The position numbers and the translations under genes are program-made. Shown one piece after another: positions 1-8,698 of a DNA stretch of 31,185 nucleotides. Below the pieces are notes generated by a model. That model saw only the letters and a program-made list of their open reading frames with translations. It had not been told where the DNA came from and did no database searches. Positions within the stretch are counted from its first letter, which is position 1, and each line of letters starts with the position of its first letter. This DNA is from a virus (Duplodnaviria > Caudoviricetes): positions 1-31,185 of the IMG/VR virus record IMGVR_UViG_3300030098_002072; one strand, 5' to 3'.

Positions 1-86
1 CCTGCTACAAGACTATCTGTATTGCCGTTTAATTTTAATAGTGATGTATAGCTACTTGCTATACTTGCTCCTGTTAAACTTGCCAT
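1..86 (-). CDS. 5' part of a probable virion/tail-fibre-like protein (runs off window)
   Basis: ATG at 86 after GAAAGGAG RBS; reads MASLTGASIASSYTSLLKLNGNTDSLVAG, open to the window edge. Confidence 0.6.
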   Translation of the reverse strand, partial: MASLTGASIASSYTSLLKLNGNTDSLVA

Positions 87-137
87 AATTAACTCCTTTC
101 CATGAGTTAGTGTGCGTGGCCTACCACGCGGTTATTA

Positions 138-470
138 TTAATCTATTAACGAATACTTTCGATCTTCGTCCTCGAATTTTATTAAAATTTCATTCCACTT
201 TGATCCGCTTACATACTCAGACATCGTAGAAGTCATGCTAGTGGCCGACTCACCTACCATGTCTGAAAATGCAAGTTTAAGTGCGCCATTAATTGACACA
301 TCGCTACCACCTTGATCCACCGCCCATGCTTTCAACATTTTACCTAAACCACCAGAGTAACCTGCTGCGGTTAAACCTGCGCGCATAGCATCATTAAAAT
401 TCTTTGCATCTGTAGTACCGGCTATATCTAGCCAGTATTCTTTAAAAGAATCATTGATGCTTTTAGCCAT
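138..470 (-). CDS. hypothetical virion protein
   Basis: 110-aa ORF in the late operon, coupled by TAATG overlap to the upstream small ORF. Confidence 0.7.
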   Translation of the reverse strand: MAKSINDSFKEYWLDIAGTTDAKNFNDAMRAGLTAAGYSGGLGKMLKAWAVDQGGSDVSINGALKLAFSDMVGESATSMTSTMSEYVSGSKWNEILIKFEDEDRKYSLID

Positions 471-619
471 TACTTATCTTCTTTCTTCTTAGGTTTTGGT
501 TTCGGTTTTGGCTTACCATTTATATCACACTCAATAAAGCGTTCTTCAAAGCTATCAATGTCGTGTGTCTGGGGATCGTATGTAACGATCTTACCAGTTG
601 GTTTTTTAAAGTATCTCAT
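470..619 (-). CDS. small hypothetical protein (49 aa) after the capsid gene
   Basis: Read by hand: MRYFKKPTGKIVTYDPQTHDIDSFEERFIECDINGKPKPKPKPKKKEDK; GAGGAA RBS; TAATG overlap with next gene. Confidence 0.75.
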   Translation of the reverse strand: MRYFKKPTGKIVTYDPQTHDIDSFEERFIECDINGKPKPKPKPKKKEDK

Positions 620-634
620 TTGTTCCTCTAGGTA

Positions 635-659
635 CCTGGGGACCATAACGATCCCCAGG
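635..659 (-). promoter_or_regulatory. GC-rich stem-loop downstream of capsid gene (mRNA stabiliser or attenuator)
   Basis: CCTGGGGATC-gttat-GGTCCCCAGG; no U tract follows. Confidence 0.5.
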
Positions 660-676
660 ATAGTAGTGATGTTTCT

Positions 677-1546
677 TTAAGAAACGTCAGTTAACATGTA
701 AACACCAAAAGAGTCTTGCACTTCAATCACACCGCACTTGAGTGATACTACATACTCAGTGTGCTGATATGATGCGTCGCGCTCAGTCTCAACATTGATT
801 AAACCGGCAGATGATATTCCAAGTCCAAGAGCATTCTTGGAGAACATACCCGCAGGACAATCATTGTTGCCGTCTTCGGTGACTTCTTGACTAAAGTAAA
901 TATCTACTCCGGCCAACTTTCCAACGTATCCATTTGCAAGCATTTCACCAGAAACTGGATTATCTGCAAAGGTGCCACTAGAAGTAGCAATAAGAAGTCC
1001 TTGGATACCTTTTGCACCCCAAATTTGTTTTGAATTTCCGACGTAGCTAAATGGCATATTGGCCCCGCTCGCGTGGAGCTGTCTAGCAGCATCAAAGAAC
1101 ATATCAAGCGTAAGTGCGTTACCCGCTGAACCAGAAGTTTGAGAAAAGCCACTAAATAGATCTGTCAATAGATCATCAACTTTAAGCGATGCAGCGTGAC
1201 CAAGGTTGTCGGCAATATTGCCACTTAAGTCATATGGTGCTGCAAGCATTGCTAAATCGGTAATGTCAGAACGTACAACGTAATTATTGATTATACATTC
1301 GTGCGCACCGGTTGCAACGGCAATAGATGATCTTTCTGATCCTTCAGAAAGCGAGGTTACATCAGAACTTGCTTTAGCAGTCATGTCTACAAAAGTAACA
1401 GATGCAGCGCCTTGCGGAGCGATTGCACTGTTGACCAAGGGCGCCATGACATTTGCTTTAGTAAATGCCATTATGACATCTGGTAGAATGTGATCTGACG
1501 CGGTTACTTGATAATTGGCGAAAGATGATTTTTGTGTTACGGACAT
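677..1546 (-). CDS. major capsid protein (HK97 fold)
   Basis: 289 aa downstream of scaffold; capsid-like patterns (LSEG, A..A..VDD.L, G.VG.LAGVDIYFS, VETERDAS, G..EV). Confidence 0.85.
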   Translation of the reverse strand: MSVTQKSSFANYQVTASDHILPDVIMAFTKANVMAPLVNSAIAPQGAASVTFVDMTAKASSDVTSLSEGSERSSIAVATGAHECIINNYVVRSDITDLAMLAAPYDLSGNIADNLGHAASLKVDDLLTDLFSGFSQTSGSAGNALTLDMFFDAARQLHASGANMPFSYVGNSKQIWGAKGIQGLLIATSSGTFADNPVSGEMLANGYVGKLAGVDIYFSQEVTEDGNNDCPAGMFSKNALGLGISSAGLINVETERDASYQHTEYVVSLKCGVIEVQDSFGVYMLTDVS

Positions 1547-1548
1547 TT

Positions 1549-1860
1549 TTATTCCTTATATGGTTTTTTTAAAGTTCCAGGACCAAAGCCAGAGAAAACA
1601 CCAAGTGAACTTGGTTTTTTTCCTCGCGCAATACGTTCTACGTTTTCCTGCGTCTGGTCAACAAAGTCAACGGCACTAATAGGCTTACCATCGCGCGTCG
1701 CAATTGGATAACCTTCCTTGTCAGTCATCATCTTCAAGCGATCACTAGGATCGTGGTCTACACCAAAGACTTTATCTTTTTTACCGTTAACTGTCGCCAC
1801 GATTTGGACTAAATATGTTACCAAACTTTCCAAATGTGTTTGTCTTTTTAGACTTCTCAT
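1549..1860 (-). CDS. hypothetical head-region protein (true start probably further 3')
   Basis: ORF between scaffold and capsid; annotated N-terminus overlaps the scaffold gene. Confidence 0.6.
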   Translation of the reverse strand: MRSLKRQTHLESLVTYLVQIVATVNGKKDKVFGVDHDPSDRLKMMTDKEGYPIATRDGKPISAVDFVDQTQENVERIARGKKPSSLGVFSGFGPGTLKKPYKE

Positions 1861-2368
1861 AACCTTCTGGATCGTTCAATACAAAGTCTAACGCAGAACT
1901 ATAACCGCCATGTGAACTAGGCGATGAATTATCTACGGCTACCTTGGAACTATTATTAAATAATTTATCGCGAACTACTTTTAATTTTGGAAGTGATAAA
2001 TCACTAAAAGTAGCACGATCTTCTTCATCAAAGTCCTTTAAAAGCTCGGCACGCATAGCGTCCTCTTGCTCTTTTGCAGACACTACAATTGGCTCAAGCT
2101 CTGCAATTTTAGCTGCACGCTCTTCAGCGAGTTGCTGCCATTGATTTTGCTCTTCCATTTGCTTTTGACGAGTTTCCTCAACCTGCTTTTGCAGTTTGGC
2201 AAGCTCGGACTCTGCTCTTTGACTTCTCTGGCGATATTTCTTGCTTTCAGCAATCAGTTCTCCAACATCGCCTTGTGTTGGCTGATCCTGGCTATCAGTA
2301 GCCATCTCTTGAGCTTTTTGAGGTTGCTCTTCCTGCGGTGCGCCCTGCACCTTGTTTTGTTCATCCAT
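1787..2368 (-). CDS. capsid scaffolding protein
   Basis: Acidic Q/E-rich N-terminus, ESKKYR motif then coiled coil; AGGAG RBS; upstream of capsid gene. Confidence 0.8.
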   Translation of the reverse strand: MDEQNKVQGAPQEEQPQKAQEMATDSQDQPTQGDVGELIAESKKYRQRSQRAESELAKLQKQVEETRQKQMEEQNQWQQLAEERAAKIAELEPIVVSAKEQEDAMRAELLKDFDEEDRATFSDLSLPKLKVVRDKLFNNSSKVAVDNSSPSSHGGYSSALDFVLNDPEGYEKSKKTNTFGKFGNIFSPNRGDS

Positions 2369-2382
2369 GAACTGTCTCCTTT

Positions 2383-2889
2383 CTACACTCTGTAGACAAC
2401 GGTTCGTTTTTTCAAATGTTTTTGCAAGTTTTTAGCAACTTGCGATGCAAAAATGTGACCGACTGCTTCTTCAACATCCGGTCCTAGTTTATTACTAGAA
2501 GCGATGACACGTTTTGTTTTTTTGCCGTGTACTAATGCCGTCATGCGCGAATCATCATTCATTCCACGATCTTTAGCAATTCTGTCGCTTTGAAATCCAT
2601 ATTTAATTGATATTTCGCCTTTAACCGCACTGGATAAAAAACGAAAATGCTTTAAGAGTTTGCCAGTAAGAGTAAGATTTACTGGATTAATCTGTGTGCT
2701 GATCTGACCTTGATCTTTAAATGCTTTGTCTTTTTTCTGCTTACGATAGACCTTACTGTACTTTGTAAAAGACTCGCCATCTGCGTCAATGCCTTTAACA
2801 ATTTGTTTTTTATGTATTGCAGTAATTGACTTACCATATGACTTTAGGTCACTGCTTGTAAATTCTAATATTTTTCTAAAATTAAACAT
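2383..2889 (-). CDS. virion morphogenesis / neck protein (Mu gpG-like)
   Basis: Basic protein with G.D.DG..F..YS..Y and VNLTLTGKL patterns. Confidence 0.55.
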   Translation of the reverse strand: MFNFRKILEFTSSDLKSYGKSITAIHKKQIVKGIDADGESFTKYSKVYRKQKKDKAFKDQGQISTQINPVNLTLTGKLLKHFRFLSSAVKGEISIKYGFQSDRIAKDRGMNDDSRMTALVHGKKTKRVIASSNKLGPDVEEAVGHIFASQVAKNLQKHLKKRTVVYRV

Positions 2890-3553
2890 CAGTAGGCAAC
2901 CATAAATGTCTGCAATTCACACCGCCACGCGCTGAAAAACCATCGCTCTTGATCACTTTTATCTCATTCTTAGTTAGTGGCTGACTATCTAAATATTGAC
3001 GGCATACTGGACGATTTTTTTTATCTCTGGGGCCAGAATAATTATACTTTGTGTCATCTGGTAAGTCTGCTGCCATCGTTGCAATGACACTTTGCTGATA
3101 GTTTGCGAGCTGAGTACCAATGACATTATCTATTCTTGGCACTTGAGTGCGTAAATTTGCTTTAATTAAATCTTCCATTTCAAATCTATCTAAACGATTT
3201 GCAATGCCTTGTGCCATTGATGCACGCATACTACTTGCCACAGTTCTTGAAAGTCCTTCTATGTTTGAGCGTTGTATATTCTGGAGAGCCACAAGTTGTG
3301 TTTCTGTTGCAACCCCAAAAAACGGCAAATCAGCAAGAAGAGTTTCCGTTGTAGCCATGTAGGAGTTGATTCCGGCAGAGAGGCCCAACTCTTCAACAAA
3401 ATAGGACGTAAAGTCAATCGCAGCGAGAATAAGTAGTATCTCTTCCACTGATAAACCGTCATCTTCTAACTCCTTTGTATCTGATACAAATTGCGTAGTT
3501 GCATTATCCAGGCTACTTTGATAAGCATTGATGGCATCATCAATTTGTGCCAT
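2882..3553 (-). CDS. minor head morphogenesis protein (Mu gpF / SPP1 gp7-like)
   Basis: C-terminal YSGPRD..NRPVC...RGGVNCRH motif; follows portal. Confidence 0.75.
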   Translation of the reverse strand: MAQIDDAINAYQSSLDNATTQFVSDTKELEDDGLSVEEILLILAAIDFTSYFVEELGLSAGINSYMATTETLLADLPFFGVATETQLVALQNIQRSNIEGLSRTVASSMRASMAQGIANRLDRFEMEDLIKANLRTQVPRIDNVIGTQLANYQQSVIATMAADLPDDTKYNYSGPRDKKNRPVCRQYLDSQPLTKNEIKVIKSDGFSARGGVNCRHLWLPTDV

Positions 3554-4895
3554 TAGCTAAAATATTTAATAGTTTGTTTTTAGGCTTATCTTGTTCTGCA
3601 TTTTCTGCTTGCAGATTAGCAAATTTTTGTTTGTCTTCTTCACTGGCATCGGGATTATTATAATCAAACCAGTCTTGTGGTGATGCAAGACCTCTTGAAA
3701 AGCGCCAATCCCATAACATTACTTCACTTTCCGGTGTCATTGCGTAGTTTGGCTCTAAGAAATCAACACTATAGTCTTCACCAAGGTCGGTTCTAGCTTC
3801 TACTTGTATAATTTTACGATCAATCTCATATCTGCGATGTTCCCAAGGTCTCCAGGTATCTTCAGTCATTGCAGAGCGCTCGTCAATGTTTTCCATTTCA
3901 ATGATTGCAAGACTTGCAGCACTAGGTGCATTTCCAGAATCATTGCGAGCATACTTTGCTCTAATATGGTTGTTATTTAGTGTAGACTCTACTAAGAATC
4001 TTGTGCCTTCTATAATCTCGCTTAGTGAACCACCACTATTTGTCACACCGAAATTTGCACCATCTGGAAGATATAAGATTTTATCAGTTCCGATAGTAAT
4101 ACGACTTGCGTCATCAACGCCAGAAACAAACTTAATACCCATAGCACCATACTTGATTGCAATGCTGAGTTCAAGTAAGGCCACATTGACGGCTAAATCT
4201 GTTTGCGCAATATCTATTGCATTGCCAACATAAAAATCTCGTATTGGCGGGTAGCGATGAGTAAAAGTAAACGGCAAAATATCGTATGGATTTAGATTAG
4301 ATTCATTGGCTTGTATCATTCTGCCATTTTCATCTAATAAATAATGCTGACCTGGTTGTCCATCTCTCGCTTCAGTCCAAACGGCATGAACTGGATCTTG
4401 TATGCGCGCATTTGCTTGGTATTCTACTGGATAGCAGATACCGATTGGTTTATTTGCAGGATCACCTGCTAGAAAGATAGGTTCAAAATGCGAAATAATC
4501 TCATATTCAATCTTTTGCGTAAGATCGTTCCACTTACTGCGAAATGCCATAGTGCCTAATAAAAATGTTAAACGCTCAAGTAGTCTTCTCTGCGCGTTAA
4601 GTGAATACATATCGACATAATTAGTGTAGTTCTCATTTACTCGGAGTCTAGGCGGTTTCTTGTACGTCATCGCTCTAAGTGAGCATACGCGTCTTGTCAG
4701 ATTATTCACCGGAATCACTGCTTGACGTAAAGTTTCTGGTCCGAAATAATTACCTACATAATCTTCAATATTGATTCCTTCATAGAAATCCATAAGATAA
4801 TCACGCTCTTTAGTTCTTTCGTCCTCTATGTAACGTAATTTTCTTTTAAGTGCGGATGTAACCGCTTCTTGTGACAAGTCCGGAATAGTCAGCAT
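3540..4895 (-). CDS. portal protein
   Basis: 451 aa directly after TerL; DFYEG, NLTRRV, SAASL and VDF.EP patterns of SPP1-type portals. Confidence 0.8.
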   Translation of the reverse strand: MLTIPDLSQEAVTSALKRKLRYIEDERTKERDYLMDFYEGINIEDYVGNYFGPETLRQAVIPVNNLTRRVCSLRAMTYKKPPRLRVNENYTNYVDMYSLNAQRRLLERLTFLLGTMAFRSKWNDLTQKIEYEIISHFEPIFLAGDPANKPIGICYPVEYQANARIQDPVHAVWTEARDGQPGQHYLLDENGRMIQANESNLNPYDILPFTFTHRYPPIRDFYVGNAIDIAQTDLAVNVALLELSIAIKYGAMGIKFVSGVDDASRITIGTDKILYLPDGANFGVTNSGGSLSEIIEGTRFLVESTLNNNHIRAKYARNDSGNAPSAASLAIIEMENIDERSAMTEDTWRPWEHRRYEIDRKIIQVEARTDLGEDYSVDFLEPNYAMTPESEVMLWDWRFSRGLASPQDWFDYNNPDASEEDKQKFANLQAENAEQDKPKNKLLNILANGTN

Positions 4896-4916
4896 TCTAC
4901 ATAATGGTTAAATAGT

Positions 4917-5843
4917 TTACACATAGTCAATTACTCCCGCCATCCTAGAGCGCATTGGAAAGAGATTTACCAAGGCAAAACGCAAAGCATCATTTGCGTG
5001 ATCAAAGCGTCCATCTTTCAGTGGCATCTCTTTTAACTGCTGCTCATTTCTATGCTCTGGATAGCGATAATTTTCATATGCCTGGATACTTTCTACGCAT
5101 TTAGGTGACACAAATAGGTGCGGATCACCATTTGCATCTTCAAACCAACGTCTAACGTGACCTACACCCGCTACGACATTGCGCGTGGTAGCGTCCTTCT
5201 TATATTTAAGAATCATACCTTGCTGCTTAAAGACAAATATATCACTGACACCGCTTTGCAGTGACACGCCCGCACCTGCGGGATCGCAGAACATACCGTG
5301 AAAGTTGTAGCCTAAAGATTTGATCTTACGCGCAAAATCTTCAGTCTTGGTATTTTTCATCGCTACTTCGTCAATTTGATAGACATCTGCCATTCCGGAT
5401 GTGTTGTGTTTGATCTGGAATATTGAACAGTGTGATGCTCTGAAGCCGAAATCAATACCCGCGTATGTGGGTAGAGACGGATCGAATCTGAGGTCGTTTT
5501 TGATGTTTTGAAATCTATCAAACGGGTAAACGCGTCCTGCAAAGCTGACAAACTCCGCAAGAATTTCCTGGCGCACCGTTTCATCAGTGAGTGTTTTTCT
5601 AAGTTCATCTAAGTCATCCTTGAAAAATGGTGAAAGTGTTGATGGAAACTGCCATGATTCCCACTCTGGATATTTCTCATCTTGTCCTCTATCATATAAT
5701 CTTGAAAAGTAGTTAAATCCACGCGGTGTGGAGCAAAATAGCGCCCATCCACCACGATCTGACAGTGTAGGTCTGAGATACATCTCATAAGTATTCTTTG
5801 GTATTAAGGCCATCTCATCAATGACCAGATAATCAACTCCATC
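4917..5843 (-). CDS. terL: terminase large subunit, 3' segment (Walker B, motif C, RNase H-like nuclease)
   Basis: Frame is open from DGVDYLVIDE (5843), upstream of the ATG at 5813; STPRGFN, GIDFG, CDPAG, DHANDALRF motifs. Confidence 0.92.
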   Translation of the reverse strand, partial: DGVDYLVIDEMALIPKNTYEMYLRPTLSDRGGWALFCSTPRGFNYFSRLYDRGQDEKYPEWESWQFPSTLSPFFKDDLDELRKTLTDETVRQEILAEFVSFAGRVYPFDRFQNIKNDLRFDPSLPTYAGIDFGFRASHCSIFQIKHNTSGMADVYQIDEVAMKNTKTEDFARKIKSLGYNFHGMFCDPAGAGVSLQSGVSDIFVFKQQGMILKYKKDATTRNVVAGVGHVRRWFEDANGDPHLFVSPKCVESIQAYENYRYPEHRNEQQLKEMPLKDGRFDHANDALRFALVNLFPMRSRMAGVIDYV

Positions 5844-5895
5844 GCCAGTTTAAGTAAAGTGTTTCCCCCCCGGCATTACTGCCAGGGGGGAAACT
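5844..5895 (-). other. 52-nt coding gap in terL containing a 15-bp hairpin (candidate translational bypass element)
   Basis: GTTTCCCCCCTGGCA-GTAA-TGCCGGGGGGGAAAC at 5894..5861; removing 52 nt gives DSLIG-DGVDYLVIDE. Confidence 0.8.
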
Positions 5896-6297
5896 ACCTA
5901 TGAGTGAGTCTGGTGCGTCTGCACTTTTGACGGCTAGTTCACTGTTCAATCCTGCCATCTTCATGTAATACAAGTCTCCACTAATCTCTTTCTTGCTATC
6001 AATTGGTAGTTTGAGATCAGTCATTATAATGCGCTTGACTTCGCGAGCTATTTTCTGCGCTAAGTTGTAGTTTGGTCCCACGATCCAACCTCTGGTATTT
6101 GGTGTGAGTAACCAAGGTATGATTTCATAAGCTGCCATGTAGCTTTTACCGCTACGTCTACCCATGCAGACAACTCTGAAGCGCTTTTCGTCTTTGGTGA
6201 GTGGTCCTACGCTATGAATGGCCCACTGTTGTGGCGTTGGGTTGTACCCCAAGATCTTCCAGAGCTTTCTCCGGTTCACTATCTGCTTTACCTTCAA
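5896..6297 (-). CDS. terL: terminase large subunit, 5' segment (Q motif, Walker A)
   Basis: PTPQQ, Walker A MGRRSGKS, WIVGPNY, KSADAPDSLIG; zero-frame read-through would stop at 5833. Confidence 0.92.
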
Positions 6298-6604
6298 ATC
6301 CTGCTTCTTTTAAGACGTTCTCCAGGTTGCCGACTAAGTCTAGCTGATTCTTGTCAGTTTGACCTAAGTAATTTTTACCAAGAAAGATAAGTAGTGCATT
6401 AGATCCCATCTCCAATGCGTTCTTCCATTGTGCTTTGCGTAGGTTGAGAAGCATCTCAGATTTACCCGCTTCGTACTCTTTGGTGTAGCGCTTGCGGATC
6501 GTGGATTCATCCACCTGGAAGTATTTGCCTATTTCTACATGAGTGCAGCCGAAACTGGCAAGCATTCGTACTTTCTTTGGATCTATTAATTTTGGTTTAG
6601 CCAT
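6212..6604 (-). CDS. terS: terminase small subunit
   Basis: N-terminal HTH (CTHVEIGKYFQVDESTI), LRKAQW and LIFLGKNYLGQTD patterns; overlaps terL start. Confidence 0.8.
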   Translation of the reverse strand: MAKPKLIDPKKVRMLASFGCTHVEIGKYFQVDESTIRKRYTKEYEAGKSEMLLNLRKAQWKNALEMGSNALLIFLGKNYLGQTDKNQLDLVGNLENVLKEAGFEGKADSEPEKALEDLGVQPNATTVGHS

Positions 6605-6922
6605 CTATATAAAGTCAGTTAGTTGACAACACTTGTTTAGTGCGCGTCGCCAGTAAGTTTTAGCGCTTGATGCGCTGATGTCCAGTTTGGTAGCTATGGA
6701 TGGGAATGTGTGTTGGTTTGTGCGCATTTTAAATACAATTCTTTCGCGTTCTGACAACTGGTCATAAATGTGATGTGCGGAGAGCTGAAGCCACCGCATC
6801 TCGGTTGGAATTAAGCCGCTTTGGAAGATTGCCAGTTTCTCTTTGAACTCTGTGGACTGGTCTATTGCGTCTTCCAACAAGTCGGCATCCGCATCACTTA
6901 AGTTATGCCAAGCAGTTGTCAT
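6605..6922 (-). CDS. sigma70-region-4/LuxR-like HTH regulator (possible late-gene activator)
   Basis: LSERERIVF..R...TFPSIA..L.IS.SSAKTYW.RA; first gene of late operon; start taken as ATG at 6922 (MTTAWH). Confidence 0.7.
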   Translation of the reverse strand: MTTAWHNLSDADADLLEDAIDQSTEFKEKLAIFQSGLIPTEMRWLQLSAHHIYDQLSERERIVFKMRTNQHTFPSIATKLDISASSAKTYWRRALNKCCQLTDFI

Positions 6923-7174
6923 ATGCGACAGAATATACACAATTGTTAGTGTTCGCAAAATGGTAAAATTTTTCTGAGACGCACTACCTACCAATCCGAA
7001 ATACTGCCTTGGTGTACCCGGATTCCTGGAAGTTGTGGTTATTTATTCCACGGCCTACCGTCAAAGATTTTCGGATATGTCAACACAACGTCAACACATC
7101 GCGATAAAGTCCGCTATCTACATTTTTGATTCATCACACACTAGCAAGCTATTTATTAGGTGTTCGCTTTTTTG

Positions 7175-7203
7175 TAGCATATGAAACATTTTATTAGTAT
7201 TTT
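7175..7203 (+). promoter_or_regulatory. putative sigma70-type promoter of the early cassette
   Basis: TAGCAT-N17-TATTTT; shares GCATATG and ATGAAACA with the switch promoters near 16.87-16.92 kb. Confidence 0.5.
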
Positions 7204-7244
7204 CTGATAGTAAACAATTAACATATATAAAGGATAGACAACAC

Positions 7245-7943
7245 ATGAGTAATATTAAACAATTAATCTATGATAAACTTACTGAGAATACTGGAAAGCA
7301 TTTTTTAGATAGTGGCGGTAGTAATAATAGACATTGGCAACGCAATCAAAGTAAAACATTACAAGACTTTTTAAATGATGATGAGCAAAGTTTTGAAATA
7401 TGTTTTAATGATAAAAACGAAGCTGATGAAATATTAAGAACTGTAAGTGTATTTCATTTTTTAGCGGGTAACGGTTCTAATCTTGAATTAGATTATGTAT
7501 CACTAGAATTTAACAAATTAAACCAAAATTTTGATGAATTAGCAGACTGTGAGCCTTACGGTGTTGGCGTAGATGCTTGGGATTATTTGTATAATTTAAT
7601 AGATGATACTAGCGTTCGCACTTGGAACACTTACAACGGTGAAAGCGACTTGTCGCAAACATTACAAGGCGCAAACATTAGATTATTTATTGACGGTCAA
7701 TATGAAGACTATGTATTAATACAAATTCATGGCGGTTGTGATGTTCGCGGTGGTTATACCGACGCAATGCTTTTTAAATGTAAGGACGGCATTATCAATG
7801 AGTATTTAATGGAGTTTATGTATTTTGATGAAATACTTGAATATGAATTGGAATATATTGAGAAGGCGTGTGATTATAAAGGCAATGTGTACGAAGGCGA
7901 AAAACTTGAAAACATAAAAACGCAACTGATAAACAATTTGTAA
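7245..7943 (+). CDS. acidic hypothetical early protein
   Basis: 232 aa; AAAGGATAGACAACAC leader; motifs ENTG.HFLDSGG and QIHGGCDVRGGYT. Confidence 0.85.
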   Translation: MSNIKQLIYDKLTENTGKHFLDSGGSNNRHWQRNQSKTLQDFLNDDEQSFEICFNDKNEADEILRTVSVFHFLAGNGSNLELDYVSLEFNKLNQNFDELADCEPYGVGVDAWDYLYNLIDDTSVRTWNTYNGESDLSQTLQGANIRLFIDGQYEDYVLIQIHGGCDVRGGYTDAMLFKCKDGIINEYLMEFMYFDEILEYELEYIEKACDYKGNVYEGEKLENIKTQLINNL

Positions 7944-7948
7944 TAATA

Positions 7949-8044
7949 ATGAACATAATAATAAAATATATCATCTATTTAATTGTGAGCATTATATTAG
8001 TGTTCACAATTTTAGGTGATGAACTAAATAAAAAAAAAGGATAG
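7949..8044 (+). CDS. 31-aa single-TM peptide
   Basis: MNIIIKYIIYLIVSIILVFTILGDELNKKKG; fills the gap between two genes; no clear RBS. Confidence 0.4.
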   Translation: MNIIIKYIIYLIVSIILVFTILGDELNKKKG

Positions 8045-8051
8045 ACAACAA

Positions 8052-8222
8052 ATGAAAAAACGCTTTAAACATCTAAGTAATAAACAACTTGTAAAAGTAA
8101 TTAATAAAAGGTACTTAAGTGGCCTTAATGATGATGATTATGTCGCTGAATTATGTTACCGACGAGACACTGAAAATTTTAAAATTATTCCTAAGTGGGA
8201 CACTTACGAAATAGAAGAGTAA
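8052..8222 (+). CDS. hypothetical early protein (56 aa)
   Basis: MKKRFKHLSNKQLVKVINKRY...WDTYEIEE; AAAGGATAGACAACAA leader; terminator follows. Confidence 0.8.
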   Translation: MKKRFKHLSNKQLVKVINKRYLSGLNDDDYVAELCYRRDTENFKIIPKWDTYEIEE

Positions 8223-8238
8223 CTAACACAACACTAAA

Positions 8239-8271
8239 CCAAAAAACCTGCTCATATAGCGGGTTTTTTGG
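8239..8271. terminator. bidirectional intrinsic terminator, copy 1
   Basis: AAAAAACCTGCT-catat-AGCGGGTTTTTT. Confidence 0.8.
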
Positions 8272-8307
8272 GTAGAAACACTAACTAATTAAAGGATAGA
8301 CAACACT

Positions 8308-8679
8308 ATGAATAAAAATGATCGACAAGAATATTTAAATTATATGAAAATAAGATTTAAAGATTCAAAAGAATATGTAAATAACTATGATAAAAATAAT
8401 GAGATTTTTGAAAGTTTTGGATTTATAGATAGTTCATATAGCAACGATTGTTGCCCAACTTATCATATAATGTCTAAAGATGAACAAAAAAACATTACTG
8501 TTGCTTTTCCAAACTCAGAAAATGATAATGTAGACAATGAAGAGTTTAATACATATAGTATTTGGAATAGCTTTAATAGTGCTGATGACGGTTTAATGAT
8601 ATTTGTAGAAACTATAGATGAAATTTTCAGCATCATAAGATCAAATCAACGCGAGATTGAGTTATACTTGAATAGCTAA
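8308..8679 (+). CDS. acidic hypothetical early protein
   Basis: 123 aa; AAAGGATAGACAACACT leader; DSSYSNDCCP motif. Confidence 0.85.
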   Translation: MNKNDRQEYLNYMKIRFKDSKEYVNNYDKNNEIFESFGFIDSSYSNDCCPTYHIMSKDEQKNITVAFPNSENDNVDNEEFNTYSIWNSFNSADDGLMIFVETIDEIFSIIRSNQREIELYLNS

Positions 8680-8698
8680 ACTAACTTAACACTAAACC

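Noticed and set aside
114-129. GCGTGG-tagg-CCACGC hairpin as terminator
   Set aside because: 6-bp stem with no U tract on the transcribed (minus) strand.
5378-5386. Extra GATAGACAT copy, plus a partial ATAGACAAC near 19690
   Set aside because: Inside coding regions on the non-coding strand and away from start codons; compatible with chance.
5861-5894. Homopolymer sequencing error or simple frameshift as the cause of the terL split
   Set aside because: The downstream frame has a TAA at 5852-5850, after the homopolymers, and a single indel would still leave about 17 extra residues in a conserved motif.
5844-5895. Group I/II intron, intein or intrinsic terminator in terL
   Set aside because: Far too short for a ribozyme core or intein and out of frame; the hairpin is followed by ACUUUAC, a poor U tract. 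Trans-assisted splicing is not formally excluded.
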